The notes beneath the pieces are model-generated. The model ran no database searches and was not told the DNA's origin. It saw only the letters and a program-made list of their open reading frames with translations. From assembly GCA_016933615.1 (NCBI GenBank), contig JAFGAO010000140.1, positions 5,320-69,319 on the forward strand: a stretch of DNA of 64,000 bases, written 5' to 3'. Shown here piece after piece: positions 19,124-28,316 of the stretch. The DNA is from Acidobacteriota bacterium. Its GTDB lineage: Bacteria > Acidobacteriota > UBA6911. Positions within the stretch are counted from its first letter, which is position 1; each line of letters starts with the position of its first letter. A program made the position numbers and the translations under genes.

Positions 19124-20217
19124 CCGGACATGGTCACGTCCCGGGCTTCGCTCGAGATGCCGTCCTCGTAGCTGCTCCATCCCGAATTCATGCCGTATGG
19201 AGGAGGAATCAGCAGCGCTTCAATTCTCCGGATGAGACCTTTTTCGATTTTGAACAGCTCGGCGATCTGCCAGCTGTTGGGCTCCATCGGGCCGGCGGTC
19301 ACCTCCCGTCCGTCCGGAAGCGTGAAGGTCCTGTCCTTGCCCAGCGCGTGATCGAAAAAGACGAAACTGAACACCAAGCCGCGCTCCCGGTCGACGGCCA
19401 CGAAGCGGCGGTCGCGAATGCGCCAGACGAAGTGCAGCAATCCGGATTCGAACTGCTCCCTGCAGCCCCAGTTGGCCGAATACATGGTGGCGGTTTTGGG
19501 ATCCGGCATGGTCTGCCCTTCGCGCAGGGGGACGTTGGTCGTCTGCATGCCTCCCTCCAGGCGGTCGCAGTCGTCCGTAAACGGGTACTCGCCCTTGCCG
19601 TCGTTCTTCTCCATGCCTGAAAAATACATGTTGGCCGTCCTGATGAGGTCTTCCCGCGACATCCTTTCCTCCGGGGGTATGGTCTCGAGATAAACCGGGT
19701 GCGGCTCGCCCATTTCCTCGTAGAGATCCGCCCCGCTGGGGGAACGGGGAGCCGAGCCGGAGGCCGGAGGTCCCGCAGGCGTTCTGGGGCGAGCCACCAG
19801 GGTTTCGATTTCGGTTATCTTGCGGTCCTTGACTCTCAGCCGGACGGCGAACTGGGAATGCACGCCCTCCCCGGTGCGTCCTTCCTCCCGGATGGTCGCG
19901 ATACAGGCGACCTGCCCGGCGTCGGGATCGGTGACGAACAGGCGGTATCTTCCCCTGCCGGTCATGATCTTCCAGTGGGCGTCGGGAAGGGGCAGCCGCA
20001 CGCCGTTTTCCGTGAATTTCACGTCCTCGGAGAGCGGCAGCAGGCCCGGGTCGCGCGCGACGGCCGCGTCCAGGTACTGCTCGACGAATCCCTCCAGGCA
20101 GGCGCGATCGCAGGGCTCGGCGGCCGACTGCTCCGTGGTGCTTTCCGAAGAACATCCCGCCGTGACGGCAGCCGCAAGCAGAAATACCGCAAAAAGAATC
20201 CAGGTCTTGCGCATCAT
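19117..20217 (-). CDS. Secreted hypothetical lipoprotein (paralog of 36560..37591)
   Basis: Lipobox TAGC, CDRACL...YL, VKFTENG, PYGMNSGW shared with the paralog. Confidence 0.75.
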   Translation of the reverse strand: MMRKTWILFAVFLLAAAVTAGCSSESTTEQSAAEPCDRACLEGFVEQYLDAAVARDPGLLPLSEDVKFTENGVRLPLPDAHWKIMTGRGRYRLFVTDPDAGQVACIATIREEGRTGEGVHSQFAVRLRVKDRKITEIETLVARPRTPAGPPASGSAPRSPSGADLYEEMGEPHPVYLETIPPEERMSREDLIRTANMYFSGMEKNDGKGEYPFTDDCDRLEGGMQTTNVPLREGQTMPDPKTATMYSANWGCREQFESGLLHFVWRIRDRRFVAVDRERGLVFSFVFFDHALGKDRTFTLPDGREVTAGPMEPNSWQIAELFKIEKGLIRRIEALLIPPPYGMNSGWSSYEDGISSEARDVTMSGY

Positions 20218-20312
20218 TCACACCTCTTTCTTGTTAAATGGATGCGCCAGTGTAACACGAGACGGGGTAGGACCGCGATATTCCCGATTCAAATTCGAAA
20301 CGACTTTGAAAA

Positions 20313-20346
20313 ATGAATTTATTATGAATATTTCATGAATTTTCAT
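20313..20346. promoter_or_regulatory. Three ATGAAT direct repeats at 11-bp period (candidate regulator site)
   Basis: ATGAAT at 20313, 20324 and 20335 in an AT-rich divergent intergenic region. Confidence 0.45.
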
Positions 20347-20599
20347 TTTATGCGCCGAGCTTGTTTCGGACTGTAATAGAATTGCGACGGTAAACTCAGA
20401 AAAAGCAGAAGGAAAGCTTCCGGTCGGAAGCTTTGGGGAGCCTTTGAGAAAGCAGGCCGGAGAAACGGGATTGCCCGGAACTACGGCGGAAAATCCGATC
20501 CCGCAGCCGCTTGCGGAGAAGGCTTATTCCCTCCAAGCGACTGAATGGAAAGAAGTTCATCGACAGGAATTTTCCCCTAATTCACAGGGAGGTGCGGGA

Positions 20600-21157
20600 A
20601 TGTACTGGAGCTGGCTTAAAAGCGGGTTCGCCCTTGGGTTGTGCTTCCTTTTGGCGGTCATCCTGGTCAAACCCATCGGCGTATCCACGCAATTTGTCAT
20701 TTTGGACGGCATGATCGCTTCCGTCTTCAACAGGAACCTGGTGTTCAAGGATGAGGCTTCTGAATCGGGATATGCAAGCAGCAACGCCTATTTGAACAAA
20801 TCCGGGGGCAAGTACGCGAAATCGGTGGCCAATCCTCTGAACTACAGTTTCTTATTCGTGTTGGCCATGCTGCTGGGGGGGATTATCGGCGGGATCGTTC
20901 ACCGCAGAAAAACCAAGCATCCCATCAGGCAGACACCTGAATTCCACCAGCGCCGTTTTATGAATGCCGCCGTCCTGCGCTACGTACTGGCTTTTGTAGG
21001 GGGCATCGTCGTCTTGTGGGGCGCCCGGATGGCCGGCGGCTGCACAAGCGGCAACATGATGAGCGGAATAATGCAGACCGCCGTCAGCGGGTATTTTTTC
21101 GCGGCGGCCACCTTCATCGTCGCCATACCGGTTGCGATTTTCATCTACAGGAAATAG
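20600..21157 (+). CDS. YeeE/YedE family sulfur-compound transporter, half 1
   Basis: [24 protein letters not shown] before ATG 20600. Confidence 0.85.
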   Translation: MYWSWLKSGFALGLCFLLAVILVKPIGVSTQFVILDGMIASVFNRNLVFKDEASESGYASSNAYLNKSGGKYAKSVANPLNYSFLFVLAMLLGGIIGGIVHRRKTKHPIRQTPEFHQRRFMNAAVLRYVLAFVGGIVVLWGARMAGGCTSGNMMSGIMQTAVSGYFFAAATFIVAIPVAIFIYRK

Positions 21158-21167
21158 GAGGGCTGCC

Positions 21168-21722
21168 GTGGATATCCTTCTGGCGATTCTACTGGGTGGA
21201 CTTTTCGGATTTGTCCTGCAGCGGGTAGGGGCGGCGGATCCGGATAAAATTGTCGGCATGCTGAAATTGACCGACCTGCATCTGATGAAAGCGATCCTGG
21301 CGGGCATCGGGATCGCCTCATCCCTCCTGTTCGCGGGATTGATGCTGGGGCTGGTCGACGCCGGCCATCTCGACATAAAGACCATGCACTGGGGAGTGAT
21401 TCTCGGCGGGCTTATCCTGGGAGCGGGCTGGGCGCTGGGCGGATTCTGCCCCGGAACCGGGCTCGTCGCCCTGGGCAGCGGCCGCAAGGACGCATTGTTC
21501 TTCATCCTTGGAGGCCTGGCCGGCGCGGGCATTTTCACTTCGATGTACGGCGGACTGGATGAGGCGGGATGGTTTGAAAAGCTGTTTGGCGGCGATGCCA
21601 GCCTTGTGTTCACGGGCAATTCGACGCCCGTCCTGTCGGGCAGCTGGACCGGCCTGCTGGCTATCGGCATCGGCATCGTCATGATCGTCCTCGCCAGGAT
21701 GCTGCCGGACAAATTGAGGTGA
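21168..21722 (+). CDS. YeeE/YedE family sulfur-compound transporter, half 2
   Basis: [28 protein letters not shown] before GTG 21168. Confidence 0.85.
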   Translation: MDILLAILLGGLFGFVLQRVGAADPDKIVGMLKLTDLHLMKAILAGIGIASSLLFAGLMLGLVDAGHLDIKTMHWGVILGGLILGAGWALGGFCPGTGLVALGSGRKDALFFILGGLAGAGIFTSMYGGLDEAGWFEKLFGGDASLVFTGNSTPVLSGSWTGLLAIGIGIVMIVLARMLPDKLR

Positions 21723-21787
21723 AGGGCTGATCGGCCCTTGTTGTGCGGAACCCATCGAGGCCGCATCCGGATTGAAACGACAGGCGG

Positions 21788-22978
21788 TTGGAGTGCAGAA
21801 CTCCTTTACAGCCCACCCTTGAAGAGTGGTGCGACATGGAAGAACGCTCAAAAGCGCTGTCCGACAGGGATTTTCTTATGATCAATTCTTTTGAAGTGAC
21901 CGGGAGCGAAGGCATGTTTAACCGGGATCATGTCCTGGCATGGAATGTCAGGGATCCCTTTGTCGGGGACGATATGGATGAACTTGCGCCCGAGGAAGTC
22001 TGGGAATCCCCAGCTAATCCGGCGGGAACCGGAGCCCTGTACCCGGAAAATATAACCCGGTGGGTTCGCTACATTCACGAAAACGGGGGAATCGCCGTGC
22101 ACGCCCACACGTCCGGCACAACCAATCAGGTCTACGGCGTCGACTGCATAGAGGTTTTCAACCTCAGCCACGTCAAGGACGTCGCATTTTACGCGACGAT
22201 GCTTGGGTATCCCGAGGATCTGGCCTACTGCCTGGGTTTGACCTTCAACAACTTCGCCCTCTACGGAGAACGCGACCTCTCCATTCCGGTTGATTTTCCG
22301 GGAATGGGTTACATTCCGTTAAGTAATGCCCTCTATTACGCCACACTGGGATTTTCCGGTGTCGGCGAAATCCTTGGATCCCCCGTCGCCCCCCTGCACT
22401 CCTGGGATGACCTTCTTATGATGTACATCAACGGGGAGATGTGCAAGCCGGTCTGGGGCGTTGCCAACAGCGACGCGCACAACACCTACAACATCGAAGG
22501 CCATGTCTTTACCGGCGGCACCGGGGACACCTAAGGCGACTACAGCGGCGACTACTCCGACGTGGGCGAGGCGAAAAACGGCATTTTCGTTAAAGATATG
22601 AGCCGAGGCCGGCTGTTTTCGGCCATCCGGCACGGGCGCAGCTTCGCCACAACCGGCCCCTCAATACGCAAAACCGTGAACGGCAAAATGATGGGGGAAA
22701 CCGCCGTGGTGAGAACCTTCAAAAACGAAGTCGTGGAAATTTCCCTTGAAATAAATGCGGAATCGGTCAATGCGGTCATCGTCAAAATCGATATCGTCAA
22801 AAACGGCAATGTTATGGAAACGATCGAGCCGATGGCGCCGGTGTTCGATGAAACCCTTATCGATACTCAAATCGACGGCGACTGTTATTACAGAGTGGAA
22901 GTAACAACCTATGACCTGGCAACCGGGAAATACCAATTTGCCTTTTCCAATCCGGTATTCGTCAGGGCCATTCAATAA
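21788..22978 (+). pseudogene. PHP-domain (CehA/McbA-like) metallohydrolase, 5'-truncated with in-frame TAA at 22532-22534
   Basis: Track ORFs 21788 and 22562 share a frame. FEVT...HVLA, AHAH, IEVFN, NSDAH, then after the stop GRSFATTGP...YYRVEV. N-terminal HxH motif is absent. Confidence 0.65.
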
Positions 22979-23259
22979 ATATTCACAAACACTTTCTGCA
23001 GAAACGCAAAGGAAACGCCGGAACAACTGTCGATACAGGTTGCCGGGCAAACAGAACCGGCAGGCTGTATCGACATGAAAAAGCGCAACGAAGCGCCTGT
23101 ATCTTTCCCGCGGAAGAATCCCTCTCCCATTGTTACAACTCTATCCTTATTAAAAAAACAAAGCCCAGTCCTGGGCTTCCTAGATCTCTCTTAGAAAGCC
23201 CCCCGTTTTTCCATGCCGCACGGGGATAACGGTTTGCGGTTTCCCGTGACGAACACAGG

Positions 23260-23634
23260 GTGTTAAGATTATTTTTTTATATTCGAGATTCTTTGGGTTT
23301 TTTTGCGATGCCTTCTTGTACCGCCCCCCTGAAGGCTTTCCTCGAGGGCGGGGGATTGCACGTTTTTCTTTTCAGCCACAAGAACCTCATGGGAGCCAAT
23401 CACCCCGACACGCTCTTCGGCTCGAACCCGGCCTCCAACGCCGAAGCTCAGAACGCCTACATGAAGAGCGCTTCCGAAAATGGAGTCCGCTATCATTTCT
23501 GGGGCCACGGCCACAACCACCTGCGTTCCCTGGTCAGCAGCCCGGACGGGATCTCGAGGCTGCAGAACATCATCCCATCGTCGAACAGCTATAAATTCTA
23601 TATCCCCAAGAAACCTTTCATCGATGAAAGCTAA
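23260..23634 (+). pseudogene. Internal fragment of a calcineurin-like metallophosphoesterase
   Basis: HVFLFSHKNL...GHGHNH...SPDG...SYKFY. The N-terminal DxH and GD motifs are missing. Confidence 0.5.
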
Positions 23635-24811
23635 CAGTCGACCCGCAATAAGGCTGGTAATTCTGCTTGGTGTCGTGAGTCTTTTCGCGGATGTAACCTA
23701 TGAAGGCGCACGCAGCATTACCGGTCCGTTTCTTGCGCTTCTGGGCGCGAATGCCGTAATCGTAGGTTTCGTTTCCGGATTCGGCGAACTGATCGGCTAT
23801 TGCATACGCCTGATTTCAGGCTATTTCGCGGATCGGACGGGAAGGTATTGGGGGATAGCCATTTTCGGATACGCCGTAAATTTGATCGCCGTGCCGCTCC
23901 TTGCTTTGGCCGGCAGCTGGCAAATGGCGGCTTTCCTGATAGTTGCTGAGCGTTTGGGCAAGGGGGTGCGGACCCCCGTACGGGACGTGATGCTGTCTCA
24001 TGCCGCTTCGGAAATGGGAAGAGGGTGGGGGTTTGCGCTTCATGAAGCAATGGACCAGGTCGGGGCTATGCTGGGACCCTTAATCGTGGCGGGAATTCTA
24101 TACTTCCAGGGAACTTACCGTGCGGGATTCGCCATCCTTCTGGTGCCGGCTATTTTTGCGATTTGTTTATTAACAGTCGCTGCATTGCTGTATCCTCGAC
24201 CTCGCGGTCTTGAGTCGTCCGCTCCGCAAAATCGCACGGAAGGACTTTCAAAAACCTACTGGATCTATCTGGCTGCAATGACCATGATTGCCGCGGGTTA
24301 CGCGGATTTTCCCCTGATAGCTTTTCATTTTCAAAAGAGCGAGACAGTCCCGGGCGAATGGATTCCTGTTTTCTATGCGGTGGCCATGGGAGTCGATGCA
24401 ATTGCGGCTTTGATATTCGGACGTTTTTTCGATCGCAAGGGATTCGCCGTTCTGATCGGTCCTGTCGTCGTTTCGCTTTTTTTCGCCCCCCTGGTTATGT
24501 TCGGAGGTTTTTGGATGAGTCTCGCCGGCATGATCCTATGGGGGACTGGTATGGGCGCGCAGGAATCGGTCATGAGGGCGGCCGTTGCTGGAATGGTCCC
24601 GCCCGACAAACGAGGCACGGCTTATGGCCTATTCAATACCGGATACGGCGTCTTCTGGTTTCTTGGGAGCGTATTGATGGGCTATCTTTACGATCGATCG
24701 CTCCTTTGGATGGTTGGGTTCTCGATGCTTTCACAATCGGCTTCAGTCCCTTTCCTATTGCTGGTTCGGAAAAAGACCGAATCCGGGCCGGGCATCCGGC
24801 GATCCCGTTAA
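23624..24811 (+). CDS. MFS transporter
   Basis: About 12 hydrophobic segments. SLFADVTYEGARS, ERLGKGVRTPVRD, HEAMDQVGA, RGTAYGLFN. Confidence 0.92.
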   Translation: MKANSRPAIRLVILLGVVSLFADVTYEGARSITGPFLALLGANAVIVGFVSGFGELIGYCIRLISGYFADRTGRYWGIAIFGYAVNLIAVPLLALAGSWQMAAFLIVAERLGKGVRTPVRDVMLSHAASEMGRGWGFALHEAMDQVGAMLGPLIVAGILYFQGTYRAGFAILLVPAIFAICLLTVAALLYPRPRGLESSAPQNRTEGLSKTYWIYLAAMTMIAAGYADFPLIAFHFQKSETVPGEWIPVFYAVAMGVDAIAALIFGRFFDRKGFAVLIGPVVVSLFFAPLVMFGGFWMSLAGMILWGTGMGAQESVMRAAVAGMVPPDKRGTAYGLFNTGYGVFWFLGSVLMGYLYDRSLLWMVGFSMLSQSASVPFLLLVRKKTESGPGIRRSR

Positions 24812-24856
24812 TCCCCGCATATGTATGGCAGAATTTGTTATACGGAGGTCCATCAA

Positions 24857-25010
24857 ACGCGCTATCTGATTATTACCGATATTCACGGAAATATCGACGC
24901 CCTCAACGCGATTGAGGAGCCGGTTGACAATCTATTGATCCTCGGCGATCTTGTTGACTATGGCGCTGCACCTGAGGAGTCTGTATGCTGGGCACACGAC
25001 AGGAATGCCA
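24857..25010 (+). pseudogene. N-terminal remnant of a YfcE-like metallophosphoesterase (start mutated to ACG)
   Basis: GGAGG-8nt-ACG, then RYLIITDIHGN...ILGDLVDYG. Homology is lost before the GNHD motif. Confidence 0.7.
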
Positions 25011-25430
25011 CCCGAATCAGAATGGCTCGCTGCGGCCTACAAACATGGCGAAAGAATCGGTGAAGCGGAGGTCCGGACCGCAGGGGAGCCTGCAAGGCTC
25101 GACCTCACACCGGACCGGACGGAGCTTTCCGCTGACGGAACCGATCTTTCCTATATCCTGGTCGAGGCCGCGGACCGGGACGGCGTGTTCTGCCCCCTTG
25201 CCGACAACCCGGTCACGTTCGGGATCGAAGGCCCCGCGGAAATAGCCAGGACCGGCAACGGGAACCCGCTTTCCTTCGAACCTTTCCGGGACAAACAACG
25301 CCGCCTGTTTCACGGCAAGGCCATGCTCATCATCCGCACCCGCGCCGAGGCGCCGGGGCGCATCCGGGTTACCGCGTCCAGCCCGGGCTACGAACCGGCG
25401 GCCGTTACCCTGCGGTCCAAACGAAAATAA
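25011..25430 (+). pseudogene. C-terminal remnant of a GH2 beta-galactosidase-type enzyme
   Basis: AAAYKHGE...TAGEPARL...ADGTDLSYI...GNGNP...LFHGKAMLII. No catalytic domain. Confidence 0.75.
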
Positions 25431-25563
25431 AAAGGCAAGAGTAGCCGGGGATGTTCTGAAAAGAAAAGGGATCGCTTTCCACAGGCCGGAGGGGCTTCCC
25501 GATGCACGGGTGTCCCGGTTTCCGGAAGGCGCGACTCGCCGGCATCGCACCAAACGCCGATTC

Positions 25564-26613
25564 CTAGCGGACCGCGATCCTGCCTGGAGGCCCCGGAACA
25601 ACCCGGCCGATGACGGCCGCCTCTTCGATCCCCTGGTCGTGCATACGATGCAGCAACGCCCCGGCATTCTTTTCCGGGAGGGATATCAGCAATCCTCCGG
25701 AAGTTTGGGGATCAAAAAGTATATCCACCAGGTGCCGGGGGACGTCTTTTGAAATCTCAACCACATCCTTGAGATAATCCCTGTTGCGATACAACCCGCC
25801 CGGCACCATACCCATTTCGGACAACTCTGCGGCTTCGGGGAAAAAGGGGACGGCGGAAGAATCCAATTCTATACAGGCGTCCGTGCACCGGATCATTTCC
25901 GAGGCATGCCCGAGCAGCCCGAAACCGGTAATGTCGGTGCAGGCGCTTGGGTTTTCCAGGACCATCTGTTCCGAAGCTTTCCTGTTTAAGGCGCACATGG
26001 ATGCCACGATGCGGGACACGGCCTTTTCCCCGGCCATTTCCCCTTTAATGGCGGTGCTGATGATTCCGGTTCCCAGGGGCTTGGTCAGAATCAGGCGGTC
26101 CCCCGCTTTGGGCCTGTTGTTGAAAACCACAGCGGACGGATGAATTATTCCCGTAACGGACAGGCCGTATTTCAGTTCGGCATCCTCGACCGTGTGCCCC
26201 CCGAGCAGAATCACGCCGGCTTCATCCATTTTTTCCTGGCCTCCCCTGAAAATCTCGCGCAACACCGAAATTTCCAGAGTCTTGACGGGAAAGCACACGA
26301 TATTCAAAGCGGTGAGCGGTTTGCCCCCCTTGGCATAGATATCGCTCAAAGAGTTGGCCACGGCGATGCGGCCGAAGTCGAACGGGTCGTCGACAATCGG
26401 AGTGAAGAAATCGACGGTCTGAACAAGGGCCAGGTCCGCAGTAAGTTTATAGACGCCGGCATCCTCGGCGCTTTCCATCCCCGCGATCAGGTTTGGATCT
26501 GAAATAGACGGCATGCCGGCAAGCGCCTGGGCAAGATCTCCCGGACCTATTTTACAGGCTCACCCGGCCCCGCTGACCATCTGGCTAAGACGTGGCTTTT
26601 CCCTGCTCTGCAT
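25564..26613 (-). CDS. selD: Selenide,water dikinase (selenophosphate synthetase), selenoprotein with Sec18
   Basis: ATG 26613 reads MQSREKPRLSQMVSGAG-TGA(26560-26562)-ACKIGPGDL, in frame with the track ORF 25564..26514 (DAGVY, QTVDFF, LGGHT, TDITGFGLLGH, DPQTSGGLL). Confidence 0.95.
26525..26559 (-). promoter_or_regulatory. Bacterial SECIS-like hairpin directly 3' of the selD UGA
   Basis: GCCTG...CAGGC lower stem. Upper stem AGGTC/GATCT begins 11 nt after the UGA, with a G-rich loop CGGGA. Confidence 0.7.
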
Positions 26614-26632
26614 GGTCGCTCCCAAAATCGGT

Positions 26633-26854
26633 TTATTTTTGCGGTGGAGTCAGCGTCAGGACGTACTCGTCGCCCGATACGGTTTTTTCTTCTATCGAGT
26701 ATTTCCGGCTTTGGGCCAGACGGGACACATTTTCCTTGGACACTTCCGTTTCCACCAGCACGGTCAGCATATCCTTGGGGTTGTCCCGCATCGCCTTCTG
26801 GGTCTTCACTACGGGGATGGGGCACGAAAATCCCCGAACATCTATTTCAATCAT
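26633..26854 (-). CDS. TusA/SirA/YedF-like sulfur or selenium carrier
   Basis: IDVRGFSCPIPVVKT (CPxP motif), 73 aa from ATG 26854. Confidence 0.9.
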   Translation of the reverse strand: MIEIDVRGFSCPIPVVKTQKAMRDNPKDMLTVLVETEVSKENVSRLAQSRKYSIEEKTVSGDEYVLTLTPPQK

Positions 26855-27746
26855 CGTTTTCTCCTTCAACAACGCAAACGCCTGTCCATTGGCAAAGGTT
26901 TTCCTTAAAAACATCAGGGAAAAACTCAATGATCCGGCTTATCTTTGTGGCAGGCGTCGCCCGGGCCCTTTGACCCGCCGCCCGATTCGCGCGGGCGGCG
27001 AGCATTGCGGACGGGGCAGGGTCTATGCCTGCATCGACAAAAGCCGCAATCAAACCGCTTATGGTATCGCCGGTGCCGCCGATGGCTTCCATAGCCGGCA
27101 CATCGGGCTCGGCGACAGTTTCCAAAATATTCCCGTCTTTGACCACATAATCCACGGCTCCCTTCACCAGGAGCAGTTTCGCCGCGCTTCCGTTTTGATA
27201 GGCCGCTCGAATCAACTCCGGCGTCCTGTTTCCTTCAATATTGAAAAGATGCTTTTTTATGTAAGCCGGATGCGTGGCGGCAGGGTCGGCCAAAAACGCG
27301 AGCTCCGAAGCGTCCGGCGTAAAGACATCGAATGCCGTTGCCAGACCCGCCGCCTTGGCCGAATACATGGAAGCCGCATCGGCTATCATGACCGGCCTCT
27401 CGGCACAGCCATCCACCGCGGCGCACAATCGCCTTGTCAGGGGCATGTCGGGCAGCCAGTAATGAAGCGCCAGTACATCCGGCCTTATGCCGGCGATATT
27501 TTGTATCAGGTATTCGTAAATCTCCCGGCTGCCCGTCCCCAGGCCGATATCCCCCGCCAGAAGGGCGTGGGGCGGGTCCGTTTTCAGGTAGTCGGCAGCC
27601 GACAACGCGGCTCGGATCATGGCGCCGGTACCCTGGGTACAGGGAACCTGCCGGTCCCCGACGATAAAGGAGTCGCCGTCGGCCCGCACCCGGCCGAAAG
27701 TCAGAGGCATATCTTCGAGCGGAATCGTGCCGCAAATGATCAGCAT
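26847..27746 (-). CDS. Ribokinase-fold protein (YjeF-C/NAD(P)HX-dehydratase-like), function unknown
   Basis: IADA, FTPDASE, LLVKG and anion-hole motif IGGTGD. Overlaps both neighbours. Confidence 0.75.
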   Translation of the reverse strand: MLIICGTIPLEDMPLTFGRVRADGDSFIVGDRQVPCTQGTGAMIRAALSAADYLKTDPPHALLAGDIGLGTGSREIYEYLIQNIAGIRPDVLALHYWLPDMPLTRRLCAAVDGCAERPVMIADAASMYSAKAAGLATAFDVFTPDASELAFLADPAATHPAYIKKHLFNIEGNRTPELIRAAYQNGSAAKLLLVKGAVDYVVKDGNILETVAEPDVPAMEAIGGTGDTISGLIAAFVDAGIDPAPSAMLAARANRAAGQRARATPATKISRIIEFFPDVFKENLCQWTGVCVVEGENDD

Positions 27747-28282
27747 GCAGCTCCCCCTTTTTCATAAAGGGCCAGCCCTTCTTCCATGGCCCTTTCCAGC
27801 ATAAGGGCGCAAAGCGTGTACCCGAGGTCGTCCGGATGGGGCGCTTCCTGCAATTTCTTATCGATCATGGACGCGTGCATATAGGGAATATCCGGGCATC
27901 CGCCGCCCGAGACATTGACGATGATCCCGCTCCGCTTTTCAAACGTGAGCTTCATGTTCGCGGCCTTGACCATGACCCATTCGCCGAAGTCGGTCACTTT
28001 GACGATATTAAGTATTTCGGGCGAGTCGAAATTGAGCGGAACCATCTCTACAAATCCCGTAGTATTCCGCTGTAGCGTCCGTTCGATCCCGAGTTTCTCC
28101 ACCAGTTTGACCGCAACGGCCAGATCGCAGCCTTTGCGCAGCTCCGGCGGCGGCGCGACCAGTTGAACCCTGTATCCCGCCTTTTTAAGGACCCTCTCCG
28201 CCTTCATGGCATCGGAGACTTCCCTGAAAAGAATCAGGCCCTCACCTTCAAAATCCTTGTTCTTGCGCTTTATGAACTTCAT
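27740..28282 (-). CDS. DUF3343 domain protein with C-terminal GGGCPD domain
   Basis: AMKAERVLKK...PPPELRKGCDLAV in the N-half, VSGGGCPDIPY in the C-half. Confidence 0.75.
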   Translation of the reverse strand: MKFIKRKNKDFEGEGLILFREVSDAMKAERVLKKAGYRVQLVAPPPELRKGCDLAVAVKLVEKLGIERTLQRNTTGFVEMVPLNFDSPEILNIVKVTDFGEWVMVKAANMKLTFEKRSGIIVNVSGGGCPDIPYMHASMIDKKLQEAPHPDDLGYTLCALMLERAMEEGLALYEKGGAAC

Positions 28283-28316
28283 GCATACCCGCCTGTCTCA
28301 TCCGACCGGATGGGAT

